Of a stretch of 64,000 nt of DNA, positions 38,395 through 48,474 are shown in pieces. Under the pieces are notes generated by a model. It was not told the DNA's origin, did no database searches, and saw nothing but the letters and a program-made list of their open reading frames with translations. The position numbers and the translations under genes were made by a program. Each line of letters starts with the position of its first letter. The first letter of the stretch is position 1. Origin of the DNA: Candidatus Glassbacteria bacterium (GTDB taxonomy: Bacteria; Gemmatimonadota; Glassbacteria; GWA2-58-10); the NCBI GenBank assembly GCA_963752515.1, contig CAVVYO010000006.1, positions 274,284-338,283 on the forward strand, read 5' to 3'.

Positions 38395-38685
38395 TGCTCT
38401 AAAGCGTGTTAGCACTGCGAAGGCTGACGACTGGGTAGTGGCTGCTGAAAAGAGGCCACACACCCCGTCGGCTGTCGCCGGGAGCAGGGACATCAGCCAG
38501 CGGATAGCGCCTGCCGTCGTAGCGGCGGGTTTAAAACCCGCCACTACCAAGAGCCTGATTACTATTGGCAGCATTGACCGGGGCGAAGCGGGAACGATCC
38601 CCCTTAGCAAAGGGGGAAACAGGGGGTGGTGTATTTTCCTGATTCCCGAGCCGGTCCGCTCGGAGTTCATCACACGCTCTAAGCT
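38395..38685 (-). ncRNA. candidate structured RNA leader/riboswitch-like element (family unassigned)
   Basis: Lower-GC non-coding stretch. A closing helix pairs 38401-38409 with 38672-38680. Internal hairpins lie at 38519-38547, 38599-38616, 38646-38663 and 38438-38459. The mismatches become G.U only on the minus strand. Confidence 0.35.
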
Positions 38686-38690
38686 TAATC

Positions 38691-40795
38691 CTAAAAATCC
38701 CGCGGGACAAGGAAAAGGGCCTCGCGGGGCGGCAGCGGGCAGGGCTCGCCGCCATCCACCAGCCGGCCGGTCATCAGGCAGCGGTAGACCTCGGGCGTTA
38801 GGCTCCCCGGCGGCAGTTCCGCCGCGGTGTCCTCGTAATTGAACACGAACGCCGCCGGCCGGGGCTGCTCCCCGACTGTCCCGCGCCGCACCCGCACCAG
38901 CGGACGGGGGGCCCGGGCCTCGATCCCGGCCTGTCCCAGCAGCCGGGCGGCCAGGGTGAGCAGCGCCTCCTGGCCGGTGTCGCGGTAGATGATCCCCGGG
39001 TAGCAGCCGAAATGGAAGGTCCGGCCCTTCCCGCGCCCGCCCTCCACCAGCAGTCCCTGCCCGCCGGAACGGTCCTGTCCGCCGGGCAGCGGCTCAGCCG
39101 GGCGGCCAGCCCATTGATGGCCAGTGGCAGGCCCAGCACCCGGGCCGCGAGCTCCTGTCCCAAGGGGCGGGGCGCCTCCTCGCGGCAGCATAGCAGCTCC
39201 GCCAGCCCGCAGCCGGGCCGTTGCGGCCGGACCCAGCCCCGGCGGTCACGGAATGCCAGGCCGGGATCGCTCACCAGCACACCGCCGCCGCGGACATAGC
39301 CCTCCAGCACCGCGGCCTGGTCCTCCCCCAGCAGGTGCTGGTAGGGCAGCACCACCAGCCGGTAGCGCCCGATCCGCTCCAGTTCCTCGACCGGCACCAG
39401 GTCCACCGCCTGGCCCAGTTGCCAGAGCAGGCTGTACCAGCCTTTGAGCGACTCCTTGTAACGGTAGCGGACAGTCCCGGCGCGGGGCAGTTCCTCGGCA
39501 TCCTCGGCCTCGGAGTGCATGTCCGCCTCGAAATCGAACACCAGCGCCACCGGCGAGCTTTCCGGCTTCCAGGTGCGGAAGGCTTCCGGCGAGCGCTCCA
39601 GCGCCCGGCCGACCTGGGATGCCGCCCGGCTGCGGTCGGTGTCCGCGCCATCGAGCCCCACCAGCCCCGAGCTGATCGTCTCCTGGGCGAAACGCTCCGG
39701 CTTGAACTGCCAGATCACCAGCCCGCGCGCCCCTTCCGCCACCGCGCCCAGCAGCATGAACCGGGTGTCATCCCCGCTGAACGGCTCGCCCAGGTAATGC
39801 CAGTTGTTGCCGTAGATCTCGTTGACCCAGAAATAATCTTTCACCGCGGCGATCCAGCGCGCCTGCAGGCTGTAGAGGAACGCTTCCTGACGGTAGTCCG
39901 GGTTGGAGAACAACGCCGGCCGGTCCAGCTGGTAGAAGGAGTGGAAATCGCCGGTCCAGTGCGGCAGGCTGGTGCCATAGACATCGACCGGGCGGGCGGT
40001 GGGCAGGTCGTGGCAGGTGTCCAGCAGGGTCGGCTGGAGCACGCTGCTGAAGCCGACATGGCAGAACAGCGGGCGCGAGGGATCGTGCTCGCGCACCAGA
40101 GCCGCCATCCAGGCGATGCGCCCGGCGATCGCCTCCGCCCGCCAGCGGCGCCAGAGGCAGCTGTCGAAATAGGCCCCCAGGTCGGCCGGGGGAGTGATGT
40201 CCTCCCAGCGCGCGATGCACTGGCCGTAGCATTGGTTGTACTGCTCCACTGTCCCGAAGCGCTCGGCCAGCCACTGGCGGTACTGCGCTATCGAGTCCGG
40301 ACAGGCGCAGTCCTCGAACGGCCGGCTGCGCGGCTCGTTCCAGAGGTGCCAGCCCAGGATCTGCGGCCGGTCGCGGTAACGGCGGATCGCCCCCACCACG
40401 AACCCCTCGGCCTTTTGCCGCACCAGCGGCCGGTCGAAACAGGGCCACCAGCCGCCCAGGTAGAACGCCCCCAGGGCCCGGGGCGGCAGCGGAGCGCCAT
40501 CCGGGGCCACCCGCAGCGCCTCGTAATCGCGGAACAGCCAGCGGGGCGCGCTCTCGAGCATGAACTTGAACAGCACCTGCAGGCCGTACTGCTCCGTCAG
40601 CTCCAGCAGCCGGTCCAGGTCATCCCACTGGTAACGGCCCTCCTCACGCTCGTGCCAGGCCCACTGCGGGCGGAGCTGGATCGCGGTGAACCCCAGCCGG
40701 CGGATGTGCTCCAGGTCCCGCTCCCATTCCTCGGGTGGCGGGGTGGGCTGGCGGTAGTACTGGATGCCAAGATGGAACTGTTCGGGCCGGGGCAT
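38691..40795 (-). CDS. GH42-like beta-galactosidase family glycoside hydrolase, one apparent frameshift
   Basis: Starts MPRPEQFHLGIQYYRQP at 40795 (AGGAGG RBS). GH42-like segments are present (WAWHEREEGRYQWDDLDRLL, GWHLWNEP). The C-terminus continues in ORF 38691..39191, with the frame switch near 39085-39100. Confidence 0.7.
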
Positions 40796-40930
40796 CGCTG
40801 TCGGTCCTCCTGAGGTTGGTGCTGCCGCTGTCCGCTGCCGGCGGGCCGCGACAGGAGGCCGCGGCGCCCGGATTTCATCGAGCCTCCAATTTAACCCGCA
40901 GCAGGCGGCGCGGCAACTGCCCCGGTCGCT

Positions 40931-40992
40931 AAAAATGAAGCCCTCCCCGAGCCGGCCGCCACTTGGCGCGGTCCCGGCCCGGAGAGGGCTTT
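40931..40992 (-). terminator. intrinsic terminator after the beta-barrel gene
   Basis: ~18-bp stem (40974-40992 with 40937-40955). Both mismatches are G.U on the minus strand only. CAUUUUU follows on the minus strand. Confidence 0.55.
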
Positions 40993-41016
40993 TCCCCCCG
41001 GCGCTGGCCTGGGCGC

Positions 41017-41700
41017 TCAGTAACTCAGATAGATCGCCGTCCCCAGGATATGGGCGTGCGACCATTGGCGAAGCTCCGGCACGGCAGCGGCCAGCTTGTT
41101 GGAGGTGAGCTGGTAGTAGACCGACAGCTCCAGCTCTCCCGGCAGCCCGAAGTTGAAACCGGAGGTGAGCCAGTTCTGGTTGTAGCGGTCCCGGGTCCCG
41201 GGCTCCGAGGTCTGCAGGTACCATTCATTGTAGAGGAACCAACTGCTGGGGCTGTCCCCCAGTTCGAATTTGCAGCTCACCCGCGGGCGCAAACGCACGA
41301 AACTGCGGCCGAGGTCGCCCACCCGCTGGTGGATCCGGGCCCGGAAGTCCAGACCCAGTCCCGGCGAGCTGTAGAGCTTGACTGTCGGGTCCAGCAGCAA
41401 GTAGTACTCGTTGCTCCAGCTTTCGCCGCTCTCCTTCGGGCTCACCCGGAACAGTGCTCCCAGGCTGAACCGCTGGTTCAGGCTGAGCGAGGGCCCGCCC
41501 TCGATCCGAAGATAATTCAGGTCTCCGGCGTTGTCGCGCCAGCGCACCTGAGCATTGGAGGAAAACTGCCAGCGCTGGTCGAGCTTGTGGCGCACTCCAT
41601 ACTCGCTCCAGTAGCCGAAATCCTGCTCCAGCGCCGCCAAGGGACCGGCAACCCAGAGCATCGAAAGCACCAGCAGGCCGAACCATTGTTTCCGCGACAT
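41017..41700 (-). CDS. putative outer-membrane beta-barrel protein (DUF2490-like)
   Basis: Starts MSRKQWFGLLVLSMLWVAGPLAA (signal peptide). Alternating aromatic/polar beta-strand pattern ending in ...AIYLSY. Confidence 0.55.
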   Translation of the reverse strand: MSRKQWFGLLVLSMLWVAGPLAALEQDFGYWSEYGVRHKLDQRWQFSSNAQVRWRDNAGDLNYLRIEGGPSLSLNQRFSLGALFRVSPKESGESWSNEYYLLLDPTVKLYSSPGLGLDFRARIHQRVGDLGRSFVRLRPRVSCKFELGDSPSSWFLYNEWYLQTSEPGTRDRYNQNWLTSGFNFGLPGELELSVYYQLTSNKLAAAVPELRQWSHAHILGTAIYLSY

Positions 41701-42075
41701 CTTTCCCCCCAGTCTGGCGTGGCATGCTCCGCGGATCACCTTGGCCGCGGAGCGAACAGAGCGAATCACCTGGCTGACATTGCCACCAGCCCTGGCAGCA
41801 TATCGCGTACCAGCCGGCGCGATGCTGCTTATCTCTATTTTTCCAGGCAGGATAGACCGGATGGGAAAGTCCTGTCTTCGTCCTCGCCGGTGCGGTTTCG
41901 GCCGGCCGGCGGGCGTTTCCGAACACCGCGCCGCCGCTCAATAAAAAATTCCGGCGGAGAGGGTCTTTCCCTGGAGGGCGCTGGGGTTTTACCTTTAAGC
42001 CTGGAGCTGTTGCCACCACCGCGGAAGGAAATCGAGGGAGGCTGCGATGAGCACGGACAGCGGGAGGAGGGGCGC

Positions 42076-42870
42076 ATGATCCATCTCGGGACCTGCGGCT
42101 ACTCCTACGATGACTGGAAGGGGGACTTCTATCCCCGCGAACTGAAGAAAGAGGATTACCTGGCCTACTACGCCGGGCAGTTCGACTGCCTGGAGCTGAA
42201 CTCCAGTTTCTACGCCATTCCCGCGCCGGCCCTGGTGCAAAGACTGGCCGAGACCCCGGCGAGCTTCCGGGTGGTGGTCAAGGCCTACCGGGGAATCACC
42301 CATGAGCGCCGGGACCCGGCCGCGGACCTGGCGCGTTTCCTCGGCGCCATCGAGCCCTTGCGGGCTTCCGGCCGGCTGGCCGCGGTGCTGCTGCAGTTCC
42401 CTTACAGCTTCCACCGCACCCCGGAGAACCTGGAGCTGCTGGACCGCCTGCTGGGGCCTTTCGGGGAGCTTCCGGCGGTGATCGAGTTCCGCCACCGGGA
42501 ATGGGTCGACCCGGAGGTCTGGAAATTCCTCAGCGAGCGCGAGGCCGCCTGGTGCTGTGTCGATGAGCCCCGGCTGCCGAACCTGATGCCGCCGGAGATC
42601 GTCCGCACCACGAAGCGGCTGGGCTATGTACGCTTTCACGGGCGCAACGGGCAGAAGTGGTGGGACTACGAGGACCCGGCCGAGCGCTACGACTACCTTT
42701 ACAGCGAGGAGGAACTGCGGGGCTGGGAACGGGAGATCCGCTGGCTGGAAAGCCGCACCGGGGAGACTTTCATCTTCTTCAACAACCACCGCCAGGGCCA
42801 GGCCACCCGCAATGCTCGTCAACTGCGGCTGATCCTGGGACAGCAAGACGGTGAAGAAGCCGGGAGGTAA
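42076..42870 (+). CDS. DUF72 family protein
   Basis: MIHLGTCGYSYDDWKGDFYP...LNSSFYA...FRH..W. GGGAGGAGGGG RBS. Confidence 0.85.
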   Translation: MIHLGTCGYSYDDWKGDFYPRELKKEDYLAYYAGQFDCLELNSSFYAIPAPALVQRLAETPASFRVVVKAYRGITHERRDPAADLARFLGAIEPLRASGRLAAVLLQFPYSFHRTPENLELLDRLLGPFGELPAVIEFRHREWVDPEVWKFLSEREAAWCCVDEPRLPNLMPPEIVRTTKRLGYVRFHGRNGQKWWDYEDPAERYDYLYSEEELRGWEREIRWLESRTGETFIFFNNHRQGQATRNARQLRLILGQQDGEEAGR

Positions 42871-42892
42871 GTCTCCCCGGTGCGTGTCAGCT

Positions 42893-43749
42893 TCAGGGGG
42901 CCTGCCACAGGTAGCGGAAGAAATCGGCCTTGGGCGAGATGATCAGCGTGGTGCCGCTGTCGATCGCCGTCTCGTAGGCCTCCAGGGTCCGCACCAGGTT
43001 GTAGAACTTCTGGTTGCGGCCATAGGCCGCGGCATAGATCACGGTCGCCCGGGCATCGCCCTCGCCGCGGACCTGCTGCGCCTGTTTTCCGGCCCCGGCC
43101 AGCAGGATCTGCGCTTCCTTGTCGGTCTCGGCCCGGATCTTCAACGCCTCTTCCTCGCCCTCGGAGCGGTAGCGGTTGGCGATCCGCTTGCGCTCGGCCT
43201 CCATCCGGGCGAAAACCGCCCGCTCGTTCTCCTGCGGCAGGTCGGCCCGCTTGATCCGCACATCGATCACCTCGATCCCGTACTCGGCGGATTTGGCGTT
43301 GCTCTCGCGGGTGACCACCTCCATGATCGCTGCGCGCTGCTTGGAGATGATGTCGTGGAAGGGGTGACGCCCCAGCTCGGTGCGCAGCTCGGAGTAGATG
43401 ATGTCATCGAGCCGGCTCTGGGCCCCGAACTGGTTGCCCACCGCCTTGAAGAACTTGAGCGGATCGACGATCCGCCACTTGGCGTAGTTGTCGACGATCA
43501 GGGTTTTCTTGTCCTGGGTCAGGATCTCGGTCGGCGCGCTGTCATAGTCCAGCAGCCGCTTCTCGAAAACGTTGAGCTTGTGGACCAGCGGCAGCTTGAA
43601 ATGCAGGCCGGGCTCGGTGACTGTCTGTACCGGGCGCCGAACTTGGTGATCACCACCTGCTCGGTCTCCCAGACCCGGTAGACCGAGCCGAGCAGCAGCA
43701 CGAGCAAGGGGATGGCGACAACGGTGATGATGATGGCGATTCTGTTCAC
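42893..43749 (-). CDS. hflC: SPFH/band-7 protease modulator HflC, one apparent frameshift
   Basis: The N-terminal TM segment is in ORF 43519..43749 and the remainder in ORF 42893..43441 extended upstream in the same frame. The frame switch is near 43630. The GTG start overlaps the hflK stop. Confidence 0.85.
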
Positions 43750-44775
43750 GGTTGACTCCCGGCGCTGAAAGGGGAAGGCGGCCTAGGGCCGGGACGGGAG
43801 CGAGCCGCTGACGTGTTGCGCATGTCCAGCAACGGCATCAATCCACCGGCGCCATGGATCTGCGCGACATACTTGTTCATCCGCGGCAGCACCCGTTCCA
43901 TGGTCTCCAGGTACAGCCGCCGCTCGGTGACCGCCGGGGCCTTCTCGTATTCTTCCAGCACCTCCGGAAACGGCCGGCCTGGCCCTCGGCCCCGCAGCAC
44001 CCGCTGCTCCCGATAACTCTCGGCCTGGCGGACAATCTGCTCGGCGTGGCCGCGGTTGCGGGGGATCAAATCGTTCTGGTAGCCCTGGGCCTGATTGATC
44101 AGCTTTGCTCCTGTCCTCCAGCGCGCTGGCCACATCTTTGAAAGCGGCGACCACCTGCTCCGGCGGATGCACATCCTGGAGCTGGACCGCCACCACCTGC
44201 ACCCCGACATCGTAAAGATCCAGCACCACCTGCAGATGTTCGCTGATTTCGCTCTGGATCTGGAACTTGCCATCGGTCAGGGCCTCGTCGATCAGGTGGT
44301 TGCCGATCACCTGCCGCAAGGTGGCCTCCGAAGCGCTGCGCACTGTCCCCTCGACATTCTGGACCTGGAACAGAAAATCCGCGGGATCCTTGATCCGGAA
44401 CTGGACGATCATGTTGATGTCGATGATGTTCTCATCCCCGGTCAGCATCAGGCTTTCCTCGGGCACGGTCTCGAAGCGGGCGGGCGGGCCGGAATCGACC
44501 GTGCGGAAACCGATCTCCACCCGCTGGACCGCGGTCACCTTCGGGGTCTCGACCGCCTCGAACGGGAATGGGAGGTGGTAGCGCAGGCCGGATTCGGTGA
44601 TGCGGTTCAACTGGCCGAAGCGCAGCACCACTCCGAGCTCGTTGGCCTCGACGATGTAGATCCCGGTGACCAGCCAGATCGCCAGAATGCCGGCCAGCGC
44701 GCCCAGCACTTTGCGGCGGGTCAGCTGGGGCAGGTTGAGGTCCCGGATGTCGAACTCGTATCGTTCCTGGGGCAT
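43746..44775 (-). CDS. hflK: SPFH/band-7 protease modulator HflK, one apparent frameshift
   Basis: Starts MPQERYEF at 44775 (AAGGAG RBS) in the frame of ORF 43783..44880. The C-terminal part is in ORF 43746..44273. The frame switch is near 44105. Confidence 0.85.
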
Positions 44776-44991
44776 GGATGCTCCTTGCCTGAAGGGGGAT
44801 GCCGGGGAGGTCGGGCGAACGAAGCTTTGTCCGCTTGCTGCAGAGACTGTTAATCTCGCCCCCGGCCGTTGGTTTGTCAAGCCATTCCGGAAACTACAGT
44901 TCCCGAGGCCGGATGGAGCGCGCTCCGCGACGGCCCGGCCGGGTGCACCGCCGACAGTGAACGCGCGCTTTCCGGCGGCTCGGCTGGAGCA

Positions 44992-45777
44992 CTACTCTTG
45001 CAGAGCGGTGAGTCGAGGGGAAACGGAGCAGAGCGGGCAATCAGGGTTGCGCTCGACAGTCACCGTACTGAAGCGCTGGGACAGGGCATCCCAGGTCAGC
45101 AGCCTGCCCGCCAGGGGCTCGCCCACCCCGGCCAGCACCTTGATCGCCTCCACCGCCTGCAGCGCCCCCAGCACGCCCGCCACTGCCCCGAGGATGCCCT
45201 GTTCGACCGCGGTCGGGTAGTCGCCGGGAGCGGGAGGCTCGGGGATCAGGCAACGCAGGCAGGGGGTGGGAGGCTCGGGCCGCCAGGTGAGCACCTGGCC
45301 GCGGAAGCCCAGGGCCCCGGCATGGCAGAACGGCTTGCCGGCCAGCACCGCGGCATCGTTGACCAGGAACTTGGTGGCGAAGTTATCGCTGCAGTCCAGG
45401 ATGAAATCATAGCCGCGCACCAGCTCCGCCGCCACCGCCGGTTCCAGGCGCAACTCGTGGGGCGCCAGCTCCACCCCGGGGTTGAGGGCGCGCAGCCGTC
45501 GCAGCGCGGAGGAGACTTTGCCCTCCCCCAGCGCGGCCGTGTCGTGCAGCACCTGCCGCTGAAGGTTGGACAGCTCCACCCGGTCGCTGTCGACCAGCCC
45601 CAGCCGGCCGATGCCCGCGGCGGCCAGGTAGAGCGCGGCCGGAGAACCCAACCCCCCCAACCCCACCACCAGCACCCCGGCCCGGCGGAGGCGAGCCTGT
45701 CCCGCGCGGCCCACCCCCGGCAGGGCCAGGTTCCGGCTGTAGCGCTGCAGTTCTTCCGGGCTGAAATCCATGCTCAC
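44992..45777 (-). CDS. ThiF/MoeB/HesA-family adenylyltransferase (E1-like)
   Basis: [11 protein letters not shown]...[23 protein letters not shown]...NLQRQ, with CxxC pairs (CLRC, CPLC). The start overlaps the cysK stop. Confidence 0.85.
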   Translation of the reverse strand: MSMDFSPEELQRYSRNLALPGVGRAGQARLRRAGVLVVGLGGLGSPAALYLAAAGIGRLGLVDSDRVELSNLQRQVLHDTAALGEGKVSSALRRLRALNPGVELAPHELRLEPAVAAELVRGYDFILDCSDNFATKFLVNDAAVLAGKPFCHAGALGFRGQVLTWRPEPPTPCLRCLIPEPPAPGDYPTAVEQGILGAVAGVLGALQAVEAIKVLAGVGEPLAGRLLTWDALSQRFSTVTVERNPDCPLCSVSPRLTALQE

Positions 45778-46706
45778 TCGAGCTCGGCGTACAGCGGGTG
45801 GCTGAGGTAACGGTCCCCGAGGTCGGGCAGCACGACGACAATCAGCTTGCCGCGGCTCTCCGGCCGGCGGGCCACCTCCAGGGCGGCGTGCACCGCCGCG
45901 CCCGAGGAAATCCCGGCGAAAATACCCTCCTCGCGGGCCAGCCGGCGGGCCGCCTGCAACGCCTGGTCGGAGCTGACCTTCACCACCTCATCCACCACCC
46001 CCATGTCCAGCACGTCCGGCCTGAAACCGGCCCCGATCCCCTGGATCTTGTGCGGCCCGGGGCTGCCGCCGGAAAGCACCGGGCTCTCCACCGGCTCGAC
46101 CGCCACCGCGCGGAATCCCGGCCGTCGCTGGCGGATTACCTGGGAGACCCCGGTCACAGTCCCGCCGGTGCCGACCCCGGAGACCAGGATGTCGATCCGG
46201 CCGCCGGTATCCTCCCAGATCTCCTCGGCGGTGGTCCGGCGATGGATCTCCGGGTTGGCCGGATTCTTGAACTGCTGCGGCATGAACGAGTTCGGAGTGC
46301 TGCGCACCAGCTCCTCGGCCTTCTCGATCGCGGCCTTCATCCCCCCGCTGCCGGCAGTGAGCACCAGCTCGGCCCCCAGCGCCTTGAGGATGTTCCGCCG
46401 CTCGATGGTCATCGTGTCCGGCATGGTCAGGATCAGCCGGTAGCCGCGGGCCGCGGCGACAAAAGCCAGGGCGATCCCGGTGTTGCCGCTGGTGGGCTCG
46501 ATGATCACCGCGCCCTTGGTCAGCTTGCCGGAACGCTCGGCCTCATCGATCATGTTCACCCCGATCCGGTCCTTGACCGAGCCCATCGGGTTGAAGAATT
46601 CGCACTTGACCACCACCTCGGCCTCGAGCCCCTCGGTCAGGCGATTGAGCCGGACCAAGGGAGTCCGCCCGATCGTCTGGGTGATGTCATCGAAAATGCG
46701 CGTCAT
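45774..46706 (-). CDS. cysK: cysteine synthase A (O-acetylserine sulfhydrylase)
   Basis: [23 protein letters not shown]...[16 protein letters not shown]...GTGGT. The ORF-track extension to 46868 is unlikely to be coding. Confidence 0.9.
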   Translation of the reverse strand: MTRIFDDITQTIGRTPLVRLNRLTEGLEAEVVVKCEFFNPMGSVKDRIGVNMIDEAERSGKLTKGAVIIEPTSGNTGIALAFVAAARGYRLILTMPDTMTIERRNILKALGAELVLTAGSGGMKAAIEKAEELVRSTPNSFMPQQFKNPANPEIHRRTTAEEIWEDTGGRIDILVSGVGTGGTVTGVSQVIRQRRPGFRAVAVEPVESPVLSGGSPGPHKIQGIGAGFRPDVLDMGVVDEVVKVSSDQALQAARRLAREEGIFAGISSGAAVHAALEVARRPESRGKLIVVVLPDLGDRYLSHPLYAELE

Positions 46707-46897
46707 CTTCCGCTCCCCCTTCAGGGTAGTCCCCTCGGTGGCTTGTACCATCACGACCCTCCCCCTTTGTTCCATCCTGGCGACAGAAATCACTGGTTCG
46801 ACTGCAGGAGCAATGCTGTCGACTCCGGGTCGGCCCGCCTCCCGCGCCCGAGGGGCGCCGAGATTCATTGTTCACCTACCCGATAGTCTTTATAGGA

Positions 46898-46926
46898 ATG
46901 ATAACGCCCGCGCTCCCGCTTGTCAA
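46898..46926 (-). promoter_or_regulatory. candidate sigma70-type promoter for cysK-thiF with a ~185-nt leader
   Basis: On the minus strand: TTGACA (46926-46921), 17-nt spacer, TATCAT (46903-46898). Confidence 0.4.
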
Positions 46927-46941
46927 TCCCCGGTTGAAAAA

Positions 46942-47550
46942 TCAGGCCGGCGGATGCTGCTCCAGCCATTGATGCAACTCCGCGAACGCCCGGGCGCGGT
47001 GGCTGACCGCGTGCTTTTCCTCTGGGCTCAGCTCGGCAAAAGATTTTCCCAGCGGCGGGTACCAGAACACCGGGTCATAGCCGAAACCGCCCGCTCCCCG
47101 CGGCTCGCGCAGGATCAGCCCCCGGCAGGAGCCCTGGAAAGTGATGGTCGATGCGCCCGGGCGGGCCAGGGCCAGGGCGCAGTGGAATGCGGCGCCGCGG
47201 CGCTCGTCCGGCACCTCTCGCAGCCGCTCCAGCAGCAGTTCCAGGTTCCGGCGGTCGCCGGCCCCCGGCCCGGCGAACCGGGCGGACCAGATCCCCGGGG
47301 CGCCATCCAGCGCCTCCACCGCCAGGCCGCTGTCATCGGCCAGGCAGATGCGCCCGGTGTGGTCCCGCCAGTGCTCGGCCTTGAGGGCGGCGTTCTCGAT
47401 GAACGAATCGCCATCCTCCTCGACCGGCGGGACAGCCTGCTCCAGCTCTTGCGGATCGAGCACCCGCAAGGGCAGCCCCCGCAGGAACCAGGCGAACTCC
47501 CGGGCCTTGCCCCGGTTGGTGGTGGCGACCAGCAACTCAGGGGTGCGCAA
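46942..47550 (-). CDS. rdgB: non-canonical purine NTP pyrophosphatase (RdgB/HAM1)
   Basis: LLVATTNRGKAREF...ADDSGL...GFGYDPVF...SHRARA. Confidence 0.9.
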   Translation of the reverse strand: MRTPELLVATTNRGKAREFAWFLRGLPLRVLDPQELEQAVPPVEEDGDSFIENAALKAEHWRDHTGRICLADDSGLAVEALDGAPGIWSARFAGPGAGDRRNLELLLERLREVPDERRGAAFHCALALARPGASTITFQGSCRGLILREPRGAGGFGYDPVFWYPPLGKSFAELSPEEKHAVSHRARAFAELHQWLEQHPPA

Positions 47551-48256
47551 GGCCGAGCACCTCCTGTTGCCGGTCCACGATCCGCTCGATCCCCACCCGG
47601 GCCAGCTCCAGCAGGCGGTCCAGCTCCTCGCGGCTGAACGGCTCGCGCTCGGCGGTCCCCTGGAGTTCCACCAGTTGTCCCCCGGCGGTCATCACGACAT
47701 TGAGGTCAACCTGGGCCTGGCTGTCCAGGGCGTAATCCAGGTCCAGTACCGGCTGGCCCCCGATCAACCCGACACTCACCGCGGCCACCAGGGTCCTCAA
47801 GGGCGGGACGCTCACCAGCCCGGTTTCCTCCAGTCGCCGCAGGGCCAACTGCAGGGCGATCATTCCCCCATTGACCGCGCAGCAACGGGTTCCGCCATCG
47901 GCCTGAATCACATCGCAGTCGACAGTCACCGTGCGTTGGCCCAGGGCCTCCAGGTCCACCGCCATCCGCAGCGCCCGGCCGATCAGCCGGCTGATCTCCA
48001 GCGATCTGCCGCTGGGCTTGCCGGTGGCCCGTTCCCGCATCGAGCGGGTATGGGTGCTGCGCGGCAGCATCGCATACTCGGCGGTGACCCAGCCGCGGCC
48101 CTTGCCCTCCAGGAATGGCGGCACCCGCTCCTCCACCGAGGCGCTGCAGAGCACGCGAGTCCGTCCCATCGCCAGCAGGCAGGAGCCCTCGGCGAACTCC
48201 TGGAAACCGGTCTGGCAGGTGATCTCCCGCAAGCTGTCGGCTGTTCTGTCGCTCAT
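47537..48256 (-). CDS. rph: ribonuclease PH
   Basis: 239 aa: GSCLLAMGRTRVLCSASVE...GWVTAEYAMLP...DCDVIQADGGTR. Confidence 0.92.
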   Translation of the reverse strand: MSDRTADSLREITCQTGFQEFAEGSCLLAMGRTRVLCSASVEERVPPFLEGKGRGWVTAEYAMLPRSTHTRSMRERATGKPSGRSLEISRLIGRALRMAVDLEALGQRTVTVDCDVIQADGGTRCCAVNGGMIALQLALRRLEETGLVSVPPLRTLVAAVSVGLIGGQPVLDLDYALDSQAQVDLNVVMTAGGQLVELQGTAEREPFSREELDRLLELARVGIERIVDRQQEVLGLAHP

Positions 48257-48366
48257 CCACGCTCCATGCTGAGGGTTGTCTTTGCAATAAATATGCTGCC
48301 ATCGGGATGCCGATGAAAAGGGCAGGGTTTGATCCCAGCTCGCCGCTCCTCATCCGGCCTTGAACA

Positions 48367-48445
48367 ATCGAAAAAGTTTGGGAAGGTGAGAGGGGGTCCG
48401 GGGGAGAGCGGAAACCTTTTTCAAAAGGTTTCCGCTCTCCCCCGG
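48367..48445 (+). repeat. dispersed box-plus-hairpin intergenic repeat, copy B
   Basis: ATCGAAAAAGTTTGGGAAGGTGAGAGGGGG (48367-48396), then a perfect hairpin at 48398-48445. Confidence 0.8.
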
Positions 48446-48474
48446 GAAAGATGGCATTTGTCGTTAGAATGTCA

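Noticed and set aside
38357-38690. Assignment of the structured region (and of 21427-21963) to RNase P RNA, tmRNA, SRP RNA, M-box or the cobalamin riboswitch.
   Set aside because: Hallmark sequences are absent on both strands: GGAAAGUCCGGGC for RNase P; the GGGG...UUCGAC 5' end and CCACCA tail for tmRNA; GGAAGCAGCC for SRP domain IV; GUUAGGUGAGGCU for M-box; the B12 box. Only CAGUGCUAA resembles the M-box 3' end, which is insufficient.
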